Assembly: GCA_963798085.1 (NCBI GenBank)
Contig: CAWCRS010000009.1
Span: forward strand, 281,869 to 345,868
DNA from: an uncultured Gemmatimonadales bacterium
GTDB lineage: Bacteria > Gemmatimonadota > Gemmatimonadetes > Longimicrobiales > RSA9
Direction of reading: 5' to 3'
Length of the DNA stretch: 64,000 nucleotides
Shown here: positions 40,095 through 50,432 of the stretch, one piece after another
Numbering within the stretch: the stretch's first letter is position 1
Layout: each line of letters begins with the position of its first letter
The notes under the pieces: generated by a model
Told to the model about the DNA's origin: nothing
What the model saw: only the letters and a program-made list of their open reading frames with translations
Databases searched by the model: none
Translations under genes and position numbers: made by a program

Positions 40095-42764
40095 TTACGT
40101 CGTCGACTCGGGTATGGCCAGCGGCGGCGTGCTCGCTGGAGTCGCCGCCTCCTCGCGCAGCAGGTCCGCCAGGCTGGACGCATCGATGGGCCGGCTGTAG
40201 TGGTAGCCCTGACCGAGCGGACAGCCCATCTCCTGCAGCATGCGCAGTTGTGTCTCGGTCTCGATACCTTCCGCGATCACGTCCAGGCGCAGGTCACGGC
40301 CGAGCGCTACGACCGTGCGCACAATGGCCGCAAGCTTCGCATCGTTGGCCATGCCCTGCGTGAAGCCCATCTCGATCTTCAGGCTGTCGACATCGAGATC
40401 GCGCAGATAGCGCAGCGAAGAGTAGCCGGTACCGAAGTCATCGACGCTGACGCTGGTGCCCAGCTGACGCAGTGCCTGCAGCCGGCCCGGGTGCTGCACG
40501 GCGACGGTTTCGGTCACTTCGAGGTGCAGGCGCGACGGATCCACGTCGTGCTTCTCGAGCAGCAGCGTCAGTCGCGCCGGGAATTCGCGATCCTCGAGCT
40601 GGCGCGCGGAGATGTTGACCAGCAGTCGCGTATCCTGCGCCAGGCCTGCGGCGAGCCAGCCGGCCAGGTCGCGGCAGGCACGATCGAGGATCCACTCGCC
40701 GAGCTGCGCAATCAGGCCGTATTCCTCGGCCAGCGGAATGAACTCCGCCGGCGAAACCATGCCGCGCTCGGGATGGCGCCAGCGGGCCAGCACTTCGACG
40801 CCCCAGAGCGTGCCGCTGCGAATGTCCACCACCGGCTGGTACTCCGTGCTCAGCTGATCCTCCTCGATGGCGCGGCGCAGCTCCTGCTGCTGGCGGATGC
40901 GTGCACTGCCGTCCTGATCCACGGCGGGATCGAAGATGTGGTAGCGCGTGCCGGGCCGGCGCTTCGCCTGGTACATCGCGGCGTCGCCCTTGCGCACGAG
41001 GTCTTCCGCGGAACGGCCGGCCGGCCGCTCCGCATCGGGAACGCCCTGATAGATCGCGGCGCCCACGCTCGCTTCGATCTCCAGACGGTGGCCGTCCACC
41101 TGCAGCGGCGTACGCAGCGCGGCCGTCACGCGCTCCAGGATGTGCGTCAGCTGCGCGGGCCCGCTCAGCCGCTCGATGATCACCGTGAACTCGTCACCAC
41201 CAATGCGCGCGACCGTGTCTTCCTCGCGGAAGCACGCCAGCAGCCGGCGCGCCACCTGCTGTATGGCGCGGTCGCCCGCGTTGTGGCCGTGTCCGTCGTT
41301 GATGGTCTTGAAGCGATCGAGGTCGAGGTAGATAATGGCGAGTTTGCTGCCCGTGCGGTCCGCCTGCGAGACAGCGTGCTCCAGCCGGTCGCGGAACAGC
41401 GCCAGGTTGGGCAGTCCCGTGAGCCAGTCGTGGAACGCAAGGTGCTGCAGCTCCTCCTCGAAACGCTTGCGCGCCGTTACGTCGCGCGCAATGGCCTGAT
41501 AGCCCAGCAGGCGGCCCCGATCATCCCAGCGCGGCACCGCGTTCAGCTGCACTTCCACCGGATTGCCTTCCCGCGTGCGGCCGGAAACCTCGAAGTCACG
41601 CACCACACCCCGCTCGCGGATGGCCTGGAAGAAACGTTCGCGTGCGCGCGGATCGATGGCCATGACCAGTGCGCTCTGCCCGGACAGCTCGTCGCGCGAC
41701 CAGCCCAGCAGTCGCTCGCAGGACGGATTCGCGTCAATAATGCGCAGCTCGGGGTCGGTCACCAGAATGGCATCCAGCGACTGCTCGAACAGATCGCGGA
41801 AGCGCTGCTCACTCTCGTGCAGCGCGGCTTCCGTGCGGCGTCGCTCACTGATGTCCTGCTTGATGGCGACGAAGTGCGTGATGCTGCCGTCCCGCTTGAC
41901 CGGCGTGATGCTCTGCTCTTCCACGTACAGCGTGCCATCGCGCCGCCGGTTCACGATTTCGCCGCGCCACACCTGCCCCGACAGGATGGTGCTCCACAAC
42001 TCTTCGTAGAAGGGCGGCTTCATCAGACCGGAACGCAGCAGGCGGGTGCTGCGACCGACAGCCTCCTCGGGCGCGTAGCCGGTGATCACGCTGAAGGCGG
42101 CGTTCACCCACTGGATCGTGCCGCTCAGATCCGTGATGACAACGGCGTTCGCAGTGGCTTCCAGGGCATCCTGCAGCACACGCAGCTGTTCGTCCGCGTC
42201 CTTGCGCTGCGAGATATTGAGCAGCAGGACAATGCCATCGCCGCTGCCATCCTGAAACAGCTCGCCCAGGGCGAGGCACCAGACGAGGCTGCCATCCTTG
42301 CGTACCAGCTGCAGCTCACGCGTGCGCGTCGTCTCGCCGCCAGTGCGCAACTCGCGCAGGCGCAGCGCGTCGGCCTCCTGGTGCTCGCGCAGCCGCAGGT
42401 CGCTCAGCGTCAGGCCCGCTTCCAGTTCGGAACGCTCGTAGCCGAGCAGATTGAGAAACGCGTCATTAGCGTCCAGCACGCGCCCATCGATGTTCCACAG
42501 CGCGATGGCTGCAACATCCGAACTGAGCAGCTCGCGCGTGGCCAGCTGCAGGCGCTCCGAGTCACGCCGCGATTCCGCGCGACACGCTTCGGCTATGCGC
42601 AGCCAGTCATCGACGGACGCGGACGCCGGCGCCAATGTGCCGTTCCGCGGGGACGCAGGCCACTGGGCTTCGTCCGGTCTCCTGTGCGAAGAACCGCCGG
42701 TTTCTGCGCCCTCCCGCGGGGCGCCATTACGCCAGGAAAGAATGCTCATCCAGCTCCCGGTCAA
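40095..42764 (-). CDS. PAS-PAS-PAS-GGDEF-EAL c-di-GMP enzyme
   Basis: Three PAS/PAC units; HDWLTGLPN, REED (I-site), RIGGDEF, EVLARW, DDFGTGYSS, QGY; start uncertain. Confidence 0.92.
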   Translation of the reverse strand: MTGSWMSILSWRNGAPREGAETGGSSHRRPDEAQWPASPRNGTLAPASASVDDWLRIAEACRAESRRDSERLQLATRELLSSDVAAIALWNIDGRVLDANDAFLNLLGYERSELEAGLTLSDLRLREHQEADALRLRELRTGGETTRTRELQLVRKDGSLVWCLALGELFQDGSGDGIVLLLNISQRKDADEQLRVLQDALEATANAVVITDLSGTIQWVNAAFSVITGYAPEEAVGRSTRLLRSGLMKPPFYEELWSTILSGQVWRGEIVNRRRDGTLYVEEQSITPVKRDGSITHFVAIKQDISERRRTEAALHESEQRFRDLFEQSLDAILVTDPELRIIDANPSCERLLGWSRDELSGQSALVMAIDPRARERFFQAIRERGVVRDFEVSGRTREGNPVEVQLNAVPRWDDRGRLLGYQAIARDVTARKRFEEELQHLAFHDWLTGLPNLALFRDRLEHAVSQADRTGSKLAIIYLDLDRFKTINDGHGHNAGDRAIQQVARRLLACFREEDTVARIGGDEFTVIIERLSGPAQLTHILERVTAALRTPLQVDGHRLEIEASVGAAIYQGVPDAERPAGRSAEDLVRKGDAAMYQAKRRPGTRYHIFDPAVDQDGSARIRQQQELRRAIEEDQLSTEYQPVVDIRSGTLWGVEVLARWRHPERGMVSPAEFIPLAEEYGLIAQLGEWILDRACRDLAGWLAAGLAQDTRLLVNISARQLEDREFPARLTLLLEKHDVDPSRLHLEVTETVAVQHPGRLQALRQLGTSVSVDDFGTGYSSLRYLRDLDVDSLKIEMGFTQGMANDAKLAAIVRTVVALGRDLRLDVIAEGIETETQLRMLQEMGCPLGQGYHYSRPIDASSLADLLREEAATPASTPPLAIPESTT

Positions 42765-43048
42765 TGCCAGAGGTAGTGCGGCACGGCCTGCCGCCAGCGC
42801 AGATGAAAAATCGGACAGAGCACGCTACACCCCGTCCGCACCCTCGCACGGTTAGTCAACGCTGCCACAACTGAGGATCGGCCGGTCTCCGCGATATCCA
42901 TGAGAGGAAGTTCGTCCGGAGGGTCGGATCGGGACCTACGCCCCTGCGGGGATTCCCCTACACGCGGGCCGCACGCTCCGGCCGCATCCCTTGCGGCGAC
43001 CCGGCCCGGCCGCGACTCTGCCCGCTCAACTCGATCCGGAGCCTTGCA

Positions 43049-44434
43049 ATGCGACTCGCGCGCCACCTGGCGGGCACCCTGCTCCTCGGGCTCGTTCCCG
43101 CAGCTGCCTGCGCCCAGTCCAGCGACTCACTGCGCCTCCAGCGGGAGACTCTGGCGCGCGCCCAGGAGTACCTGCGCATCAACACCGTCAATCCGCCCGG
43201 CAACGAGAGCGCGACGGTCGACTGGTTCAAGCGCATCTTCGACGCCGAGGGCATCCATTACGAGACCGCCGAATCGGCGCCCGGTCGCGGCAATATCCGG
43301 GCAGTACTCGATGGCGGACCCGAGCCCGCGCTGATCCTGCTGCACCACATGGATGTCGTTCCCGCCGACGCGCGCTTCTGGGTGGTGGACCCGCTCTCCG
43401 CGACGATCCGGGATGGAATGCTCTACGGCCGCGGCGCGCTCGACACCAAGACGCTCGGCATTTTCCAGCTGGAGGCATTCCTCGAGCTGCACCGCGCCGG
43501 CCGGCCCCTGCGCCGGCCCGTGATCTTCATGGCCACCGCCGATGAGGAGGCGGGCGGCAACTTCGGTGTGGGCTGGCTGGTCAGGAACCGGCCTGCCTGG
43601 TTCCAGGGAGCAGGCCTGCTGCTGAACGAGGGCGGTAGCGGCTCGCAGAGCGGCAACAAGCAGGTGTTCGAGATCGAAGTGACGCAGAAGGTGCCGCTCT
43701 GGTTGCGATTGACGGCGCACGGCGAGCCCGGTCATGGTTCCATGCCGCGCGTGGAAACCGCAGTGACCCGCCTGCTGCGCGCTCTCGACAACCTGCGCCG
43801 CTACCAGTTCGAGCCGCGCATCGTGCCCGCCGTGGAATCGTACTTCCGCGGTCGCGCCGCGGCCGGCATCGGCCCCTTCGCCGATCGCATCGGCAACATC
43901 CGCCAGGCCATCGACGATACCGCGTTCCTCACCCGCCTGCAGGCGGCCAGCCCCTTCCTCGCCGCGCTGACGCGCAACACCTGCTCGATCACCCGCCTCG
44001 AAGGCTCGAGCAAGATCAACGTGATACCGCCCGAGGCCAGCGCCGAGCTGGACTGCCGGCTGCTGCCCGATCAGGACGCAACGCGCTTCATCACCACGCT
44101 TCAGGGCGTGCTCGCCGACACCACGATTCACGTGGAGAAGATCATGGGCTTCACGGCCGCCGTCTCCACCACGGACACCGATCTGTACCGCACACTCGAA
44201 CGCATCACGCAGGAGCGCTTTCCCGCCGCGGCCGTGCTGCCCTCGGTGCAGACCGGCTTCACCGACAGCCACTTCCTGCGCGACCTGGGCATCGTCTGCT
44301 ATGGCTACAGCCCCATCGTGATCCCGGCCAGCGATGAGAGCGGCGTGCACGGCAACAACGAGCGCATCTCGCTCGAGAACGTACGGCGAGGCGTGCTCAT
44401 CATGTCCGAGGTGCTGAAGGCGGTGGCCTGGTGA
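43049..44434 (+). CDS. Secreted M20/M25/M40 metallopeptidase
   Basis: Signal peptide; HHMDVVP, YGRGALDTK, ADEEAGG, GFTDSH, HGNNERI. Confidence 0.9.
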   Translation: MRLARHLAGTLLLGLVPAAACAQSSDSLRLQRETLARAQEYLRINTVNPPGNESATVDWFKRIFDAEGIHYETAESAPGRGNIRAVLDGGPEPALILLHHMDVVPADARFWVVDPLSATIRDGMLYGRGALDTKTLGIFQLEAFLELHRAGRPLRRPVIFMATADEEAGGNFGVGWLVRNRPAWFQGAGLLLNEGGSGSQSGNKQVFEIEVTQKVPLWLRLTAHGEPGHGSMPRVETAVTRLLRALDNLRRYQFEPRIVPAVESYFRGRAAAGIGPFADRIGNIRQAIDDTAFLTRLQAASPFLAALTRNTCSITRLEGSSKINVIPPEASAELDCRLLPDQDATRFITTLQGVLADTTIHVEKIMGFTAAVSTTDTDLYRTLERITQERFPAAAVLPSVQTGFTDSHFLRDLGIVCYGYSPIVIPASDESGVHGNNERISLENVRRGVLIMSEVLKAVAW

Positions 44435-44913
44435 ACGCTACGCCCGCTGCCGCCACGGCTGCGCGCGCCGCCCGCACTAACGGGCCATTACGGCTGCTCC
44501 GACTGCTGCTGGCGCTGCTGGGAATCGGCCTGATCACGGGCGGGGCGCTGCTGCTCCTCGCTCCGCCCGACACCGTGCTCGAGCACGTCTACGGCACGTT
44601 CACCGTTGGCATCGACCCGCGCTCCCGCGCCATCAGCGTGGCCGTGCTGCGCCAGCTGGCCGCGCTCCTCATCCTGCTGGGTGCCGGACTCCTGGCCATG
44701 GCGCGCGACCCGATCCGCCACCGTCCCGTGCTCCTCGCCTTCCTCGCCGGCCTCGTCGTGGTGGCACTTACACCGCTCCGCTCGTTCTACGAGCTGGGCC
44801 TCGCCCGGACCGGGCGCCAGGCCAGCGAATTCTGGGTCGTGGCGACGACGTGGGTCCTGCTCGCTGCCTTCGTCCTCATGCTCCTGAGCCTGTCCGGCCG
44901 ACGCCGCCCTTGA
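44431..44913 (+). CDS. Small 4-TM membrane protein
   Basis: Four hydrophobic segments; GTG start overlaps the upstream stop. Confidence 0.65.
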   Translation: MNATPAAATAARAARTNGPLRLLRLLLALLGIGLITGGALLLLAPPDTVLEHVYGTFTVGIDPRSRAISVAVLRQLAALLILLGAGLLAMARDPIRHRPVLLAFLAGLVVVALTPLRSFYELGLARTGRQASEFWVVATTWVLLAAFVLMLLSLSGRRRP

Positions 44914-44930
44914 CGTTTTCTGCGCGCCTA

Positions 44931-44965
44931 TGCTACTTTCGCAGCATTATGCTACGTTTGTAGCA
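44931..44965. promoter_or_regulatory. Two BlaI-type operator palindromes
   Basis: TGCTAC-tttc-GCAGCA (44931) and TGCTAC-gttt-GTAGCA (44950); the core resembles the BlaI/MecI TACA-N2-TGTA box. Confidence 0.65.
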
Positions 44966-44980
44966 CTTGACGGAGGTAGC

Positions 44981-46278
44981 GTGCGTATGGCTGGGCAGAC
45001 GAGGCAGGCGCCATGGCGGGCCGGGCCGGCAGGGCGGCGGTGGTCAGGGGCGGCGCGGATGGCGGCGCTGGCCGCACTCGCGGCGCTGGTAGCGGGCGCC
45101 CCGCAGGTGGCGGCGCAGAGTAGTGTGCACACCAGCACGTCGGGTGGTACGGCCTTCGGCTGCAAGCCGGGACCCTCGAACCGGCACAACACGAGCGTCA
45201 ATCAGAACGACGACGTGATGACGCTGCACTGGGTGGATGGCGCGTGCGACGTGAAGGTGCGCATCGAGGGCAAGCTCGAGTTCAACGACGACTTCACCAA
45301 TGTGGCGCGTCTCACGCGCGGCGGTCTGGCCCGTTTCGACGTGGACGATGGGACGACCGAGCGGCGCCTCGACATCACACGCGGGCAGCGGCGGCCAGCT
45401 GGAGTACGCGTATCGCGTGGATGGCCGCGCGACGGCGTTCGACGCGGCGGCCCGCGACTGGTTCGGCGCCGTGCTCCTGGATCTGTTCCGCCGCACGGGC
45501 CTGGCGGCGCAGGAGCGGGCCGCGTGGCTGACGCGGACCAGGGGGCCGGACGCGGTGCTCGCGGAAATCGATCTGCTGCAGGGCGACTGGCTGCGCCGGC
45601 AGTACTTCACCGCGCTGCTGAAGGAGAATCTGGACGCGGCCACCGTGCAGCGCACGTTGCGCAAGGCCGGGACGACGCTGAAGTCCGACTACGATCGTGC
45701 GGAGCTGCTGGTGGCGGTGGCAGACCGCTTCACGCTGGATGGCGCCACGCGCGATGCGTACCTGGAAGCGGAGCGCGGCATCGGCTCGGATTACGACCAG
45801 CGCCGCGTGCTGACAGCCGTGTTGACAAAGGGCCGGCTGACATCGGAGCAGGTGGCGGCTGTGATCGACGCCGCGGCCACGGTGAACTCGGACTACGACC
45901 GGGCCGAGCTGCTGATCCAGGTTACCGGCCAGGACCTGAGCAGTGCGGCCGCGCGCGACGCGTGGCTGCGCGCCACTACCGGCATTCGTTCCGACTACGA
46001 TCACCGGCGCGTGCTCTGCGCGCTGCTGGCGCGCGAGAAGCTGAACGCAACGCAGATGGCGATGCTGCTGAGCTCGGCGAAGACGATCAAATCGGATTTC
46101 GACCTGGCGGAAGCTGCTGGTGCAGGTGGCGTCGCTGGGGCCGGTAGAAGGCGAGGTACGCGACCGGTTCATGGACGCGCTGGATACCATTGGCTCGTCC
46201 TACGACTACGGGCGTGTGGCGTCGGCGCTGCTCGGTGGCGATCGTGCGAGGTCGCGGCGCAACGGAGGCGGCAGGTAA
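44981..46278 (+). CDS. Secreted protein with helical SDYD repeats, apparent frameshifts near 45385 and 46111
   Basis: GGAGGT ribosome-binding site; signal peptide ending VAA-QS; about six ~36-aa repeats of type xSDYDxxxLL; stop overlaps the blaI ATG. Confidence 0.75.
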
Positions 46279-46663
46279 TGCGCTGGGGCCACGACCTGAG
46301 CCGGCGCGAGCGGCAGATCATGGATGTGATCTACGAGCGTGCCGAAGCCACGGTCTCGGAGGTGCTCACGGACCTGCCTGACCCGCCCTCGTACTCCGCA
46401 GTGCGCGCCATGCTGCGCAAGCTCGAGGAAAAAGGGCACCTGACACACGACGTGATGGGCCCGCGCTACGTCTACAAGCCGGTGGTGCCGCGCGAGACGG
46501 TGCAGGACTCGGCGCTGGAGCGTGTGATGCGCACGTTCTTCAATGGCTCGGCCAGTCGCACGGTGCAGGCGATTCTGGATACGCAGGCGGCCGAGATGCT
46601 CCGATGACGGAGCTGGCCGAACTGGCGGAACTGGTGGACCGCGCCCGCAGGCGGGGGCGCTGA
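46278..46663 (+). CDS. blaI: BlaI/MecI/CopY-family repressor, apparent indels near 46598-46610
   Basis: LSRRERQIMDVIY...PPSYSAVRAMLRKLEEKGHL...RYVYKP...RTFFNGS; corrected tail SDDELAELAELVDRAR. Confidence 0.88.
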
Positions 46664-48520
46664 TGAGCATGCTGCCAGACACGCTGTCAGAGGCCGGCAC
46701 CGGCGTGATGCTGGCGGCCAGTGTGGCGCTCAAGGGCGCGGCCATCCTGCTGCTGACCGCGCTGCTCGTGCGGCTTGCGCGCGGCGCCTCGGCCGCGCTG
46801 CGCCACCTTCTCTGGAGCGCCGCCCTCTGCGCACTGCTGGCGCTGCCGCTCCTCACTCGCCTGACGCCCGCCTGGACGGTGGCGCTGCTGCCCGCCTCGA
46901 ACGGTACGCAACCAGCGCTCGCTTTCTCTAACGAATCGTTAGGTGCAGGCGGGGACGCGGGCGCGGGCCAGCGCGGGACCGTGGCTGCCGCGCGCACGAC
47001 CGGCGCGCCATCCCGGGCCGGCACAGGCGACGCTACTGCCGTGGCGGGGTCGATGCTGAATCGTGTCGTCACCCATTCATCAACGGATGCAGGCGACGAC
47101 CTGCGTCCGCGTTCCTTCGCCTGGCGCCTGCCGCCCGGTGACGTCCTGCTGCTGGGGTGGGCGGTGGGCGCGGCGCTGCTGCTGCTGCCGCTGCTCCTGG
47201 TGACGTTGCGGGTGCGGCGCTACGCCGCAAGCGCGCCTGCCGTCCGCTCGCCCGCCGTGCTGGCGCAGGTGCAGGCCGTGCGTGCCGCGTTGCGCGTGCG
47301 CGGGCCGGTGCGCGTCATCGAAGGGCCGCGCGGCGCCATGCCCATGACCTGGGGCGTGATCCGGCCCGTGGTCCTGCTGCCGGCGGGCGCCGATCAATGG
47401 CCTCGCCCCCGATTGCTCGCGGTGCTGCGGCATGAGCTGGCGCATGTGGCCCGCCACGACGCGCTGACACAGCTGTTCGGCGAGCTGGCCTGCGCACTGC
47501 ACTGGTTCGATCCACTCGTGTGGGTGGCGGTGCGCCGCCAGCGCATCGAGCGCGAGCACGCCTGTGACGACCTCGTGCTCGCCAGTGGATCGCGTCCATT
47601 CCGACTATGCCGCCGAGCTGATGGACCTGGCGCGCTCGATGCGCACCACGCGCTCCGCATCGCTCGCGGCCATGGCCATGGCCAGGCGGCCCGGTCTCCG
47701 TGATCGCCTGACGGCGGTACTGGACGACCACCGGCCGCACGGCCAGGTCACCCGCCGGCTGGCAGCCGCCGTCGCCGCCCTGTCGCTTCTGCTGGTGGCG
47801 CCGCTGGCCGCACTCGTGCCTGTCCCGCGCACGCCTGCGCCCGCTGACACCGGCAACAATGCCGCGCCGACCGCGCCACCCACGTCGCCGCCGGACGCCG
47901 GTTCGCGCCAGGCGACCGTTTCGCAGCTCGCGGATCGCCTGCCGGCTGCACCCGCCTCGCCGTCCGGCGTGTCGGGACTGACATCCGCGCTGGCGACACC
48001 GGTTCCCGAGCCGCTGGCGCCGAAGTTCGCGAGCGCAGTCCCGCCTGTCGCGGCCATGCAGCCGGCGGCACCGCCGCCGTCAGTGCCGCAATCCGCGGCC
48101 CCGCCCGACGCCGACCTGATCGTGCGCCTCCTGCGCCAGGCCGTCCGCCACCGCCTGAGCGATTCCGACTTCGGCAATCTGCTCGTGCAGATCGGCGGCG
48201 AGCCCGGGCTTCACGAGTCCGCCGCGGAAGCCGCGTACCTCGAGGCAATCGCCAGCATCCATTCCGACTACGACAGAGGCCGCTCGCTGCGCGCGCTGCT
48301 CGGCTCCGGCGGCACGCTGGCGGATGCCATGCTCGCCGCGCGCGGCGCCAGGCTGATAACAGCCGATTACGAGTGCGCCGAGCTGCTCGTCACCCTTGCC
48401 CGCCGGAGCAATGCGACGCCGGAGCTGCGGGCGGCCATCATGGATGCGCTCGACACCGTGCAATCGACGTACGATCACGCGCGCGTCGCGGACGCGCTCG
48501 TTCGCAACCGCCGGCAATAA
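46663..48520 (+). CDS. M56 (BlaR1/MecR1-type) membrane metalloprotease with Pro-rich linker and SDYD-repeat C-terminal domain, apparent frameshift near 47599
   Basis: SAALRHLLW, MPMTWGVIRPVVLLP, HELAHVARHD, HWFDPLVW, REHACDDLVL, DYAAELM. Confidence 0.88.
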
Positions 48521-48559
48521 CGCCTGCCCGCGCAGGCGCGTGGCGGACACGAGCATGAG

Positions 48560-49585
48560 AAGGGTGCGCCGGGCGCCGGGCACGCGAGAGGTCTCGCAGC
48601 AGAGTGTGCCGGTGGTGGGCGTCGCGAAGAACTCCGCCACATGAAATTCGCCCGGCTGCCGCTGCTCGCTGCGCAGTCCGTATCCGGTTCTGCCGGCGCC
48701 ACCGGCGGGCGAAGGCGTCGAGGTGAAGTACGATGCGGTGATGCCGCGCGCTGTGAGGAGGGCCACGGTCGCGATCATCGGATCGGTGCCGAGATTGCCG
48801 GCCATGCCGTTCACCGCGACCGGTGCGAACGATTCGCTGCCCTGGAAGTCGAGCAGCGGAATAGCCGAATGGCTGGCGTAGTTGGTGGCGCGCCGCAGGA
48901 TCATCCGCTGCACCGCGTAGTTGCTGCCATTGTTACCGGTACGGGCAGCGACCAGGTCGCGCGCTCCGTCGGCAACCCCTTCCAGCGTGAATGACAGCCC
49001 CTCGCCAGGGTCGTGCGGAACGGAGGCGCCGCCGAGCGCCAGAGTCCAGAAGGTCAGCTGCGGACTGCCGACGGAGCCGACCGTGCCCATGAGTTGCTTC
49101 GGGCCCGTCTGCTCGTTGACTGCGCACGGGCCGGGCCCGGTCACCATCGCCCTCACCTCGGCTCCGCTGAAGTAATTCACGGTCGTCTGGTAGTTCGTGC
49201 CGTTCCGGTTCACAATGGCCAGTCCGCTATTCGCGCCCACCGCAAGAGTGAATGAGTTGTTAGAGCCACTCACAGATGCTGCGACGGTGACGTCGAGCGT
49301 CGCCGCCGTGCCGCTTACGCCGGGTGGATTGGGCGTAACGGTGATTCCACCCGGCGCGCCGCTCGCGGCGAGCTGCACCACACCGCTGAACCCGTTGTTG
49401 CGCGTGATCGTCACGTTCGAGCTCGCGGTTCCGCCCTGCGGCACGTTGAGCGGTGCCGGATTTCGCCGTCGTCAACCCAGTGTTAACGCTGGTGCCGCGG
49501 CAGAGCCGTTCGCGCCGGACGTGAACGCCGCCGCCCCACGCCACAACCAGCCATCTAAAGTGCGAAGAACCAGCCGCCGAGACAT
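48560..49585 (-). pseudogene. Remnant of a secreted beta-rich/Ig-like surface protein
   Basis: VPQGGTASSNVTITRNNGFSGVVQLAASGAPGGITVTPNP... reads as an Ig-like module; the 5' end is broken by a stop and frameshift and the 3' end runs antisense into the M56 gene. Confidence 0.5.
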
Positions 49586-49621
49586 GAAGGTTGGTACGCC
49601 GCAATGATTCCAGGAGCCTCA

Positions 49622-50281
49622 ATGGGAATTCGTGGAGACTTTCGCCCGCAGCCAGCAGGCCTGCCGGGTCCGTCACTGTTCTCCCATGACAGCGTTCTGG
49701 CGCGCATGGCGCGCGGCAACTGCCAGCCGACGGACGATGACTTCGCCGAGCTGCAGAAGCTGGCCCGGACCGGCAATCGCGCGGAACGCCGGGCGGCCGC
49801 GAAACAACTGAAGAAGCGCGGCATGGCAGCGCCTGCTGCAGCGCCGCGGGTGCCGGCATCAAAGCCTGTCGTCGCGTCTGCCAGGCCCGTCAGGGTCGCA
49901 GCCGTGGCACCGGCTGCGCCGGTGCAGGCTCCAGCGCTGCAGGCGACCGCGGCGAAGCAGCGCGCGGCAAAGCAGGAACGCTCGAAACAGGAGACTGCGA
50001 AGCAGGCGCAGGCACAGAAGCCCCGCCTGGTGTCGAAGGCCCCGCCGGAAAAGGCAGTCACGAAGAAGGCCGCGGCGAACAAGCCCACGGCGGGGAAGAC
50101 CGCCGCAGGGAAGCCTGCCGCGAAGAAGGCTGAGCCCGCGAAGCGCGCGCCGCGAAAACCCGCTGTGAAACCGCTCGCGGCGAAGAAGACCGCCGTCAGG
50201 AAGGCGGCGGCGAGGAAGACGCCGGCAAGGACCACCCGCGGCAAGCAGGAACCATCCCGGCGAAGTCGGCCGGCCGCCTGA
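49622..50281 (+). CDS. Lys/Ala/Pro-rich histone-H1-like protein
   Basis: Short helical N-terminal domain followed by KKAAANKPTAGKTAAGKPAAKKA-type repeats. Confidence 0.6.
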   Translation: MGIRGDFRPQPAGLPGPSLFSHDSVLARMARGNCQPTDDDFAELQKLARTGNRAERRAAAKQLKKRGMAAPAAAPRVPASKPVVASARPVRVAAVAPAAPVQAPALQATAAKQRAAKQERSKQETAKQAQAQKPRLVSKAPPEKAVTKKAAANKPTAGKTAAGKPAAKKAEPAKRAPRKPAVKPLAAKKTAVRKAAARKTPARTTRGKQEPSRRSRPAA

Positions 50282-50432
50282 CCGGCGAGCGCTGTGAGGG
50301 GCAGGTTCGACTCACCGCGCTGACGAGCAGGGCCCTGGACCAGGAGCCTGCACCGTTGCGCCGCTGAGGAGGGGACGCAGATCCTTTCAGGGCGCCATCA
50401 CCAGAAACCCCGCGACCCCTGTCGACCCTGGA

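Noticed and set aside
45300..46607. Natural fusion of the repeat protein to BlaI (435-aa ORF)
   Set aside because: A one-base correction near 46111 restores the last repeat and a TAA overlapping the blaI ATG at 46278
50289..50320. tRNA or tRNA fragment (GGTTCGACTC)
   Set aside because: No T-stem pairing or cloverleaf; the motif lies in a simple hairpin (gcgctgtgag/ctcaccgcgc) between convergent genes
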